DNA of 64,000 nucleotides from Thecamonas trahens ATCC 50062 (lineage: Eukaryota; Protista; Apusomonadida), in NCBI RefSeq assembly GCF_000142905.1, contig NW_013657658.1:62001-126000 (forward strand), in the 5' to 3' direction. Positions 43,700 to 52,773 of the stretch are shown one piece after another (within the stretch, counting starts at the first letter, position 1; each line of letters starts with the position of its first letter). A program made the position numbers and the translations under genes. The notes beneath the pieces are model-generated. The model saw nothing but the letters and a program-made list of their open reading frames with translations, was not told the DNA's origin and made no database searches.

Positions 43700-45067
43700 C
43701 TACAGGTCGGCGACCGCGCGATCCATCCAGGCTAGCCGGGCGTGGAGCCAATCGCGGACGCCGACATCGTAGTACGGCTGCCAGAAGGAGTAGAGCGGCG
43801 ACTTGAGCTCGGGCCACTTCCAGAGGTTGAGAATGGGCCAGACGGCAAAGTTGCGCTCGGTGGCGTTGGCGGTGGCATGTGGGGCAAGGCCGAGCGGCTT
43901 GGCAACGGCAGCAGCAAGGAGGTCCAGAGCACCATCGGACCACGGCCCGCGCCGAAGCGCGGACCAGCGATCCTTGACGAGCTCGGCAAAGTCGTGAGTC
44001 TCCAGCAGAGCAGCCCACCAGAAGGGAACGTCTGGCCAGGCCTTGTACTGCCATCCGGCCGCGGAGCCGTCGTTGAAGACGTTGGCATACGTCACGTCGA
44101 GATCCCACTGTGGGCCGGCATGCAGGAGGCCCGATCGGTCCTTGTACATGTAAACCGAGTGCCGGAATCCGTCTTGGTTGTGGAAGAGCTCTGTGGAGAG
44201 AAAGTAGTCGGCAAACGAGGTGAGGTTGGCAAAGGTGGAGACCCGTGCCGCGCGGACAGCAAGCGAGGTGTTGAATGCCGACTCCCAAGCGGTCATGTAA
44301 TCGGCAATGTAGCTCTTCTGAGCAGGGGTCAGGTCCTCGCCCTTGGGCGCAGCCGGGTAGAGCTCGATGGACGACGGGAGGTGGATGGTGAAGGGTGCCA
44401 CCTCACCGTCATGGAGCTTGTCTTTCTTCACGATGTAGCCGCCCGAGACGGCCGGCAGCGAGTTGTCGTCCGGCGTGAGCTTGGTAATGTCTACACGATC
44501 TGCAGCCACGCGGATCTTCTCTGTGAGGACATAAACGCCCTCGTACGAGTACGAGTTTGTGGTGTTGAGGAAGAGCTCGACGAGGCGGGTCCGCGGCGCC
44601 CATGGCCCTTGCGCAGCGGTGGCGGCGTAGGACAGCACGTTGCGCAGGAGGGACTTGTCGCCCCACGGTGCGTAGAGCACCCACTTCTTGGACTTGGGCA
44701 TGCCCAGGAGCTCGGTCGACTTGCCGATGTCGAGGGTGTACGACTTCTTGGGATTGGCCCGCGACGTCTGCCCGCGGACCTTGATGCTCCCGGAACCGTC
44801 GTAGGCCGAGCCCGGATGGTGAAAGTCGACGACGCCAGACTCTGCCACGCCGGCGAGGCTCACAGAGGCAGCCACCTTTGGATTGGGCCAGGTCGGCGAG
44901 AGAGGGACGCCAAAGGTATCGATCTTGAGCAGCGGGAGCGTGGTGCACATCTGAGTCACGTGGAGCTGGCCGCGGTAGGTGCAGGCGGGCGTGGCGGCGC
45001 CGAGGGCGAGGCTGAGGGTGAGGATGAGGCTCACGCCGAGAGCAACGGTGGAGGCCGGAGCGGGCAT
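43700..45067 (-). CDS. cotH: Secreted CotH-family atypical protein kinase
   Basis: Signal peptide, KVRGQTS...PKKSY, WVLYAPWGDKSLLRN, ELFLN...YEGVYVLTEKI, NQDGF..S.YMYK, GPQWDLD, WW..LL, WLHARLAWMD. Confidence 0.88.
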   Translation of the reverse strand: MPAPASTVALGVSLILTLSLALGAATPACTYRGQLHVTQMCTTLPLLKIDTFGVPLSPTWPNPKVAASVSLAGVAESGVVDFHHPGSAYDGSGSIKVRGQTSRANPKKSYTLDIGKSTELLGMPKSKKWVLYAPWGDKSLLRNVLSYAATAAQGPWAPRTRLVELFLNTTNSYSYEGVYVLTEKIRVAADRVDITKLTPDDNSLPAVSGGYIVKKDKLHDGEVAPFTIHLPSSIELYPAAPKGEDLTPAQKSYIADYMTAWESAFNTSLAVRAARVSTFANLTSFADYFLSTELFHNQDGFRHSVYMYKDRSGLLHAGPQWDLDVTYANVFNDGSAAGWQYKAWPDVPFWWAALLETHDFAELVKDRWSALRRGPWSDGALDLLAAAVAKPLGLAPHATANATERNFAVWPILNLWKWPELKSPLYSFWQPYYDVGVRDWLHARLAWMDRAVADL

Positions 45068-45372
45068 CGTATAGGTGCAGCGGCAGGCGAGTGGGGTGTG
45101 GTGAGGCAAACGGCAAGCGGTGGCGCCCAAGCGCCCGTCCCGGAGGCGGCTCGGTGACAGGTGGGCAACAACCGTGACCTGGTGCGACACGGCAAAGGTT
45201 GCGCAGCGGCGCAAGGGGTCTACCTACCAAGCACTGCTGTCTGAGACCTTGCAACTGCCCCTATCAAGCAACATCGCAGTCGCTTTCGATTGGAATCGGT
45301 TGTGTGCAGGCTGGGTGCGATTGAATGCACGCTTCAAATACTTTGTTCCCTCTCCCGGTAATCAACAATCAA

Positions 45373-45443
45373 GGGCTCATGGTCTAATGGCAGAACACAT
45401 GCCTAGTAAGCATGAAATCCAAGTTCGATTCTTGGTGAGCCCT
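45373..45443 (+). tRNA. tRNA-Thr(AGT), copy 1
   Basis: Acceptor stem GGGCTCA/TGAGCCC, anticodon arm CATGC-CTAGTAA-GCATG, T arm CCAAG-TTCGATT-CTTGG, and a downstream T run (Pol III terminator). Confidence 0.93.
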
Positions 45444-45785
45444 GTCTTCTTTTTTTTTGCTCGTCCAGGCACCCTCGTCTGTCACCCCACATCGAGTGCG
45501 TTCAAGTACATAAATGTGAGCTGGCTATCGTGGGTGGGGGGAGGCATAGCTGTAACGGCATGTTCTTGGGGTGTCGACAGAGCAGTTTATCGGATGTGGC
45601 TCAGATCACGATCGCCATGGCAGCGCCGAGAAAATCAACTCGCTCTCAGCGGGGATACGGACTCGAGTAAGCGCCGCCGATGCGCATTTTCTTGCGCACT
45701 GGACGCACGATAGCCATTGCATCACGTAGACAGCATCTGACACCGGTGACGTTTCGCCCAGGGTGGAGACAAAGGCAAAAAAAAA

Positions 45786-45856
45786 AGGGCTCACCAAGAA
45801 TCGAACTTGGATTTCATGCTTACTAGGCATGTGTTCTGCCATTAGACCATGAGCCC
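45786..45856 (-). tRNA. tRNA-Thr(AGT), copy 2
   Basis: Identical 71-nt sequence on the minus strand, followed by a T run. Confidence 0.93.
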
Positions 45857-46060
45857 TTGATCGCTACTCCGGGAACGGTCCAGAATCAAGAAAAATAGCA
45901 TAGTCGAACCGCGCGTTGCTACTATCTTCCCAGTACCATGCAAAGCTACCCAACAGGCACTCTACAACCATCGTCGATGACCAACCAACGCATGTACACT
46001 TGAACACGCTCAATGTGGGGTGACAGACGAGGGTGCCTGGACGAGCAAAAAAAAGAAGAC

Positions 46061-46131
46061 AGGGCTCACCAAGAATCGAACTTGGATTTCATGCTTACTA
46101 GGCATGTGTTCTGCCATTAGACCATGAGCCC
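46061..46131 (-). tRNA. tRNA-Thr(AGT), copy 3
   Basis: Identical 71-nt sequence on the minus strand, followed by a T run. Confidence 0.93.
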
Positions 46132-46584
46132 TTGATTGTTGATTACCGGGAGAGGGGACAAAGTATTTGAAGCGTGCATTCAATCGCTCCCAGCCTGCAC
46201 ACAACCTTCAGCTCGACCTGCTTGACGACATGGCCTCCTCGTGCTCCCATGCACTACCTGTGCTCCTGCAACATGATGTACAGGTCATCTTTCGCCTGCC
46301 AGCATCATCCTGGCTATCTAGCCCTCTTGATCAGCTTTCTCAGCCAGGTCTGCGACGATCCCGCCCTTGCAGCCCACACCATGGCCAACCAGCCTCAACA
46401 AGCGCCCGATCCTACCTGCACAACACTACAGCTATGCTGTTCGTGCTCGAGATGAAGCCGACCACCCACCGAGCAGCACGTCTGCCGCCCGCCGCTCAGC
46501 CGGCTCGCCGCCGGTGTGCCGGACCAACGGACTCAACGGATCCGGTCACCTCCCCACCCACGTCACTCTCCCACTTCACGCGCC

Positions 46585-47397
46585 ATGGCCCACACATCCA
46601 CCGGCCGAGTGTACGGGGTGTACACCTGGTGGCGCGGATATGTGCAATCGCTGCGCGAGCCATACCTCGAGACCACGCTTGGCGCCCTCCACGCCGCCTA
46701 CGCCGGCGAGCTCACCGCCGCGGCTCTGGCACTGACACTCGAGCACGAGCTCGTTCCTCGCGGCGTCCTTGATCTTCTCTCGCCAGTGGAGTTGCACCTG
46801 GTTGGCAGCAGTGCTGACTCTGCCGAGCTCTCGGCAACTCGCCGCGTCCGCCTCATCCGCCGCCATCGCTGCGGACGGCCGATGCGATGGACCGATCTCC
46901 CTGAGCTTCAAGCCGACGACTTTGCGCTCCCGCCGGCCGACTTTCGTGCCAAGTGGATCGAGCGTGCCAGGCCTGCTCCGTCTGCTCCATCTGCATCGGT
47001 TTCATCGTCTGCGCTCGGATTGTCTGCGCTCGGATCACCTGCGCGATCGCGTCCCGCTTCGGGCTATGCGGCGGGCTATGCGGCGGGCTACGCCTCGCCG
47101 ACTGCCGAGTGGTTCCGGTCGGCACGTGCTGCCCACGACGATCCGGCGTCACCGCTCCCTGTCCCGGTTTCGGTCTCGGTCGCAAGCACTACTGCGGTGC
47201 GGGCCACGCCATCGCCGCTGCGTCGCCGCGACTCGCCGGTACCTGGCGTCAACTCTACACTTCTCCGCGCCATGCTCGAGGCTGCTGCCGTCTCGCCGGC
47301 TGGCGACGCTGCTCGGGCCGACCTCACTCGGGCCGACCTCACCCGGGGGCCGATGCGCACGCTTGACTTTGACCAGGTGAGCGATGCTTACAGTTGA
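46585..47397 (+). CDS. Hypothetical protein
   Basis: 270-aa ORF with a globular-looking N-half and Ser/Pro-rich C-half. Confidence 0.55.
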   Translation: MAHTSTGRVYGVYTWWRGYVQSLREPYLETTLGALHAAYAGELTAAALALTLEHELVPRGVLDLLSPVELHLVGSSADSAELSATRRVRLIRRHRCGRPMRWTDLPELQADDFALPPADFRAKWIERARPAPSAPSASVSSSALGLSALGSPARSRPASGYAAGYAAGYASPTAEWFRSARAAHDDPASPLPVPVSVSVASTTAVRATPSPLRRRDSPVPGVNSTLLRAMLEAAAVSPAGDAARADLTRADLTRGPMRTLDFDQVSDAYS

Positions 47398-47530
47398 GCG
47401 TCCAACTGCCCCCCTGCCGATCCCGAGTCTAAACCCTTGCCACCACGCAAACTACACCCATGTTTACAATCCACCCTCGATCTCGCCCGCCAGCAGAGAC
47501 GGCGCAAGTAGTAGGGGGGTTAAACGAGCA

Positions 47531-48184
47531 CTATGCCGAATCGTCCATCAGCACGGGCGCCGCGGCCGCCTCAGCCTCGGCCTTTGTCTCGCTCGTCTCA
47601 ACATCGTCGACCTTTGCGACCTTGCGGAACTCAACCATGTTGGTCTTGGGGCACTGCATCTCCTCCCAGGAGATGGGCACCATGGCTGCCCCGACGACCG
47701 AGCGGGCAAAGACGACGCCAAGCTCGTTGCGCGCGGTCGTGAGCTGATACGAGCGCTTGTCGCCGAGCGAGAGCACCGCGGCGACCACAATGTCGCCCGG
47801 CCGGAAGGCCTTGTACATCTCCACTGAGTCGACCATGGTCGCCCGCACGTCCTGGGCCCGGATGACGCCCGAGAACGATGCGCCCTCGGGCAGAGCCTTG
47901 CCATCGAGACAGAGCAGCTCGAGCCGCGCCATACGGGGTGTCACCTTGAGCACTCGCCCAGTGACCAGCGAGCCGATCCGCGGGACAAGGCCTGCGGTTG
48001 CCCGGGCAGACGTCACCCACACCTCGCCGTCGTCGCTCTCGCCCACCACGCCCACCACCGCCGCCAGCAGCTTGCCGCCGTGGGCATACACTCCGCGCCC
48101 GGGCCGCTTCCCGCTCCCGTCCTCGCCCACCACCTCGCCTGGCACCACAGCCTTGCCAGAGCTCGTGCTCATTGCTGCTGCCAT
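47531..48184 (-). CDS. EXOSC1: Exosome complex component CSL4
   Basis: VVPGE...PGRGVY...VPRIGSLVTGRV...GVIRAQDVRAT...FRPGDIV.A.VLSLGD...LTTARNELGVV...M.CPKT...E.RKVAK. Confidence 0.93.
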   Translation of the reverse strand: MAAAMSTSSGKAVVPGEVVGEDGSGKRPGRGVYAHGGKLLAAVVGVVGESDDGEVWVTSARATAGLVPRIGSLVTGRVLKVTPRMARLELLCLDGKALPEGASFSGVIRAQDVRATMVDSVEMYKAFRPGDIVVAAVLSLGDKRSYQLTTARNELGVVFARSVVGAAMVPISWEEMQCPKTNMVEFRKVAKVDDVETSETKAEAEAAAAPVLMDDSA

Positions 48185-48389
48185 GCCTCTGTAGCCCAAC
48201 CGAGTCGCGTGTCTCGCCTCTCTCCACACCCCGGCCGAGGCCCAGGATGGATGGCCGGCCGGTGAACGACGGCGCCGAGTCGCGAGCGCGAGCCGCCAGC
48301 AGCAACTCGCACACAAACACACACACACACACTCTCTCTCTCTCTCTCTTTCTGTCATCTGTTACCGACATTGCCTTCACTACATCCAC

Positions 48390-51221
48390 CTACGACGGCC
48401 GGAAATGGAGCGCCATGGTGATCCGCCCCACCCTTGCCGTTCCCGACGAGAAGCGGTCGATGAGCTCGTACTCGTGCGTCACGCCCTCGAGCGGAATGTC
48501 GGCCACAAGCAGGTCGACTTCGCCGATGTAGTCCGGCGATGAGAACCGGTCCCAGTCCTTGACAATGACTTTGAGAATGCAGTCGGCCGAAAAAGGGCCG
48601 GCAACCACCGCGGTCTCCCGCCACGCCGGCGTCAACGTCTTCTTGCACACCTTGGTCTTGTGGACCTCCTCGGCGTTGACAATGACCGTCGCAAACGGGT
48701 CGGCCTTGCCATTCGAGTCCATCGCCGGCAGCTCGCGCGCCCCAATGAGCTGGATGACAAGCACATTCTTCAGCTGCGAGTCCTTGAGCGGCACCACGTG
48801 TGATGCGTACGTGATGCGTTTGCGCTCAGACGGCGCCGGCGGCTCCATCGCTCGCGGCTCGAGCTGCTTCGAGACAGCATACTGCTGCTTCTCGTCCCAC
48901 GTGATCGCCGACTCGAGCCACTCCTCCACTCCGTCCACCTTGGCCAGCTTGTAGTTGTTCTTGCGGAGCCGCAGCAGCGAGTCGATCGCCTCGGCGTTCA
49001 TCCTCTCCTTCTCAAAGTTGATCAGCCGCGCGTGCCCGACCCGCGACTCGTTGCCGTCATCGATAAACGTCAGGTCCTGAAGCGCCACCCCAAGGTACGG
49101 GATGGCCGGCGCCTCCGCCGACACCACCGTCTTGCGGTACGTCGCATAGTTGTGGCTCATCGACATCACCTCGTTGAGCGACTCGAGCTTATCCACGTAC
49201 GCCTCCGGAAGTCGCTCAAACGAGTACTTGAGCCGCGAGATGGCTGCAGACTGCAGGCCAGAGAGAATGCCCATAAGCGCGTTGAAGTTTTGCAGGTTGA
49301 GGCAGTGGACCGCCACATCGATAAAGAAGCAGATGACCTGCGCTCGCTTCTCTGTCGTCGGCTCCACAAGAATAAGCGTCGCGAGGAGTGCTCCAAGCCT
49401 GTTGAACGATTCGATGAGCTCGAGAACCGCCGGCGCGCGCTCGCTGGCACCTTCCCGGCACCACGCCTGCTTGAGGAGCTCGGACCGCCGGACCTTGCAA
49501 AAGATGGCAAAGTCGGCCCGTGTCACCTGTCGCGCTACCTCCAGTGGATGGACTCCATCCGGTGAGAACCGAGTGATCCGTTGCGAAGGTGGCATCATTG
49601 GTGTCGGCGGTGAGCCGATCGGCTCGGCCGCCGCCTCGTCGCCGTCGCCGTCACCGTCTCCGTCATCGAGCGCATCCTCCCCGCCGGCCCGACGCCGGAG
49701 CGGCCCGGCCTCAAAGTTAGCCATCCGCTCCGACGGATACCTTGCCACCCGCGACTCGTACAGCTTGGACAGCGCGTGGAGCCCGGCCCGCGTGTCGTAC
49801 TCCTTGGTCACCTTGAGCGCCCGCGTGAGGAAGGCCTGAAACTGGCTCGCCACCTCGGCCCCAAACGCAAAGTCCTCAAAGTAGTCGAGGAGCCACTGTG
49901 TGAGAATCGCAAGGATGTTGTACCGCGCCGCAGGCTGGTGCACTTCCTTGAACGTCCGGATGCCAGAGTATAGGGTCATGTCCGGCGTCGCGTACCAGTA
50001 CTCGGTAAAGAGCGTGAGCAGCTCGAGCGTCGGCACAAAGTTGGTGTGCGTGAGGAGCGTAATGTGCAACAGATCGAGATTGGTCACAGACGGTGCCACA
50101 AGCTTGCGCACAAGTGCTTCCAGCGATATGGCCGAGATTGAGTACTGGATGTGGTCGTCCGTGAACGGATCGTGCCAGTACGCGAGCTTGGCGCCCGACT
50201 CGCTGCCTTTGTCACCAGCCTCAAACTCCACATCACCGCGCGACGACTCGAGCACGAGCGCCTGCAGCGACTCTTCCGATGGGACGACCGGCGGAAGCGC
50301 CGCAAACCGAGGCACGGGATACGAGAGCGGGACGCAGTATGCCCGCGGGACAAAGCCGGCCGCAGACTTGGACTCGGCAGTCACGTTGCGGACAAACATC
50401 CACCCGTCCGACGGCTTGGAGAGCGCCACAAGCACGTCCTGGCAGGCCACAGAGAGCGTGTATGGCGACGAGCTCACAAAATCGTGCGAGACAATGTACA
50501 GGCCACGGTGCATCCGGTCCTTGGCCTTGGCGTGGTTGGCGGGCATCGGCGGTGTCTCATTCCGCGCCTTGACCGCACTTCGCACCATGCCCCACATCGC
50601 ACTTCCCTTTGAGTCCTTGCGGTGCTTCCTCGCCGGGGCCGAGCCTGATGGCGTGAGCGGCGTTGGCGGCGTCACCGGCCGCACGACATGCACCTCGCTG
50701 GAGCTCGGGCTCGCTCCCGTCCGCTTTGACATGATGTGCGCACGGACAATGTCGCGCATGGTCACCGGCCTGTCCGACGACGACAGCTTGGACGCCTGAA
50801 TCCGCGCAACAATACGCTGCAGCGTCGTAGCTGCTTGCGACGGCCCCGGCTTGGTCGTTGCCGCCGCCGCTGCCGCCACCGTCGCCGCTGTCGCCGTCGT
50901 CTTGCCCTTGGTCTTGGCCCTGGCCTTGGACGGCTTCTTCTTGCGAGTCTTCACCCTCCGCCGAACCTTGATCGTCTTGGTCGCTTGTCCGGTCTTCAGC
51001 ATGGGTGGCAGTGGCGGCAGGGGATCGGCGGCGTCAGGCGTGGAGCCCGACTCCGTCCGTGACCTCGCCGCAAGCTCGCGTGCGGACGGAACATGAGGAG
51101 CCCGCGAGGAGGCCGAGCTCGCACCAGCAGCAGCAGACATTGTCGACGAACGTCCACGCGTCTTATGCATGTGTGGTGGGAGTGGCGCCGACGACAGCGA
51201 CCGGTCTCTCCGTGTCGCCAT
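48390..51221 (-). CDS. Ras guanine nucleotide exchange factor: SH3 + REM + CDC25 + C-terminal C2
   Basis: SH3 (HDF...LSV...DGWM...GFVP.AY); REM (LEALVRKL...LLTHTNF...WLLDYFEDF); CDC25 (EVARQVT...NFNALMGILSGL...IPYLGVALQDLTFIDDGN...INFEK); C2 (ARELPAMDSNGKADPF...KKTLTPAW...DWDRFSSPDYIG). Confidence 0.92.
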   Translation of the reverse strand: MATRRDRSLSSAPLPPHMHKTRGRSSTMSAAAGASSASSRAPHVPSARELAARSRTESGSTPDAADPLPPLPPMLKTGQATKTIKVRRRVKTRKKKPSKARAKTKGKTTATAATVAAAAAATTKPGPSQAATTLQRIVARIQASKLSSSDRPVTMRDIVRAHIMSKRTGASPSSSEVHVVRPVTPPTPLTPSGSAPARKHRKDSKGSAMWGMVRSAVKARNETPPMPANHAKAKDRMHRGLYIVSHDFVSSSPYTLSVACQDVLVALSKPSDGWMFVRNVTAESKSAAGFVPRAYCVPLSYPVPRFAALPPVVPSEESLQALVLESSRGDVEFEAGDKGSESGAKLAYWHDPFTDDHIQYSISAISLEALVRKLVAPSVTNLDLLHITLLTHTNFVPTLELLTLFTEYWYATPDMTLYSGIRTFKEVHQPAARYNILAILTQWLLDYFEDFAFGAEVASQFQAFLTRALKVTKEYDTRAGLHALSKLYESRVARYPSERMANFEAGPLRRRAGGEDALDDGDGDGDGDEAAAEPIGSPPTPMMPPSQRITRFSPDGVHPLEVARQVTRADFAIFCKVRRSELLKQAWCREGASERAPAVLELIESFNRLGALLATLILVEPTTEKRAQVICFFIDVAVHCLNLQNFNALMGILSGLQSAAISRLKYSFERLPEAYVDKLESLNEVMSMSHNYATYRKTVVSAEAPAIPYLGVALQDLTFIDDGNESRVGHARLINFEKERMNAEAIDSLLRLRKNNYKLAKVDGVEEWLESAITWDEKQQYAVSKQLEPRAMEPPAPSERKRITYASHVVPLKDSQLKNVLVIQLIGARELPAMDSNGKADPFATVIVNAEEVHKTKVCKKTLTPAWRETAVVAGPFSADCILKVIVKDWDRFSSPDYIGEVDLLVADIPLEGVTHEYELIDRFSSGTARVGRITMALHFRPS

Positions 51222-51674
51222 GCCCAGATGCGATGGGGGGAGAGAGAGAGAAAGAGAGAGAGAAAGAGAGGGAAGTCAGTTGGGTGGCGGTTGGCGTGGA
51301 GTGACCACCCATGGCTGAACAAAGCTGATCTGTGGCAGACTCAATTCGGACTGGCATGATGATGATAACGATGATGGTGGTGATATGGGGGGGGGGGCTT
51401 CGATTGAGTTGATAGCACAAAGGTGGGGAAGAGGTCGAGTAGGCGAATGGGATGCGTGGAAAAAGAGTGGGAAGAGGGGGGTGCACGGAGATACGCGGTG
51501 TAGAAGGTGCTGGTGCGGGGTTGGGGGGCCAGAAAAGATGATCAACCAATCTAGTAGCGGTGACATAGTAAACATTACCCGACATGCTGGGGAAAAGGCA
51601 CAGGTGCGATGATGGGAGGCATGAAGAAGCGGGGTTAGGATCGTTTGGGGCTGATTGCGTGGGTCAAGGCAAGT

Positions 51675-52701
51675 TTACGCGATGGGAGAGAAACTCATTC
51701 CAGTGGTGATGGGCCGTTTGTGAGCAAAGGCGGAATGGCGCAGGCGAAAAAGGTCGAGGCGTAGTGCCCCACCGTGGGCAGTGTGGAGGGCGGCGGCATC
51801 GGCCTTGAGGACAACCATGATGGGGCCAGCAGACTCGGACATCATCTCCAGATCGATCCTCACAACAGCAAGCTCGTCGCCTTTCCACTCGATCTCGATC
51901 TGTGGCTCGTCCACGGTTTGGGCGTTGACGAGCACGGCCAGGCCGGCGCGAAGCACGTCTTCGTCGACAGGTGCAGAGAGTTGCAGATGGAAGATAGCGA
52001 TGATGCCGCGGGAAGAAGCCGTGGCCGTCGGTGGGCTGTCGGCGGCCAGCAAGAGCGGTGTATGCTCACCAACGCTAAAGTACCATCTGCAGCCCTCGTC
52101 CTGCCACTGGCCGAGCTAGCTCGACCATGTATCTGCGGCCATTACGGAGGTGGGCCTGCGGAAGAGGAAATCGGATGTGTGCGCCCAGGGCCTCTGCATC
52201 GCCATCAACATCGAAGCTCTTCATCTATGCCTCCAGCTCCTTTACCTCGTCCGCATACCCGCAGGTGGTCAGCGTGGCTCGCAGCAGGCGCTCGAGAGAC
52301 CGGTGCTCGAGGCTCGGGACGTAGCCACGGGCGTAGCCCGAGACGACCAGATCGTAGCCGATGCTGTCGGCGGCGATGTCGTTTGCAGCCAGCGGCGAGT
52401 CGTTTCGTGGAAGGAAGCCTCGTGGGATGAGATGCTTTGCCCGGGGACCAGTGCCCAGCACGCGCACCACCGCGATCACGCCGCCCGGCGCCACGTAGGC
52501 CGCGAGCGGTTCGTCGCCGTCGACATCGGCGGTGAGGCTGTGACCCGAAGCGACGACGCAGCGAATGTCGGAGATGCCAAGTGGCTGAAGTGCGGCGAAC
52601 AGGTCGCGGACGGATGCAGTGGCAATGCTAAGGTCCGGGAGTGGTACGGGCTCGGACCCCAAACCGATGCGGGCACGGATGGGTGCGGGGCCAGCGGCCA
52701 T
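51675..52701 (-). pseudogene. Disrupted gene: ubiquitin-like N-terminus plus Ig-like (Big_5-type?) beta domains; in-frame TAG at 52225-52227 and a frame change near 52115
   Basis: Protein-like text continues across the stop (...HIRFPLPQAHLRNGRRYMVEL) and after a frame change (GQWQDEGCRWYFSVG...). It may instead be spliced (GTAAAG donor near 52245). Confidence 0.4.
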
Positions 52702-52773
52702 GCCGAGCGGGGAGTGGGTGTGGTGGGGGACCAAATACAGCAGTATAAGAACTGCGTCGGGGCGGGGAGGTGT

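Larger units (their letters stand above)
45298..46206. repeat. Inverted duplication with ~215-bp arms (45298-45510 and 45992-46206) containing tRNA copies 1 and 3
   Basis: The flanks ggttgtgtgcaggctggg...caatcaa and gctcgtccaggcaccctcgtctgtcaccccacat recur as reverse complements with few mismatches. Confidence 0.92.

Noticed and set aside
45373-45443. Reading the tRNA as a CTA (amber suppressor) or TAG anticodon
   Set aside because: The stem CATGC/GCATG encloses the 7-nt loop CT-AGT-AA, so the anticodon is AGT (Thr).
45120-46204. Repeated small ORFs (MAEHMPSKHEIQVRFLVSP)
   Set aside because: They are translations of the tRNA-Thr genes.
52225-52245. 21-nt GT-AG micro-intron or stop readthrough removing the TAG
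   Set aside because: Far shorter than the other introns here (96-344 nt) and it does not fix the downstream frame change; unsupported without RNA data.
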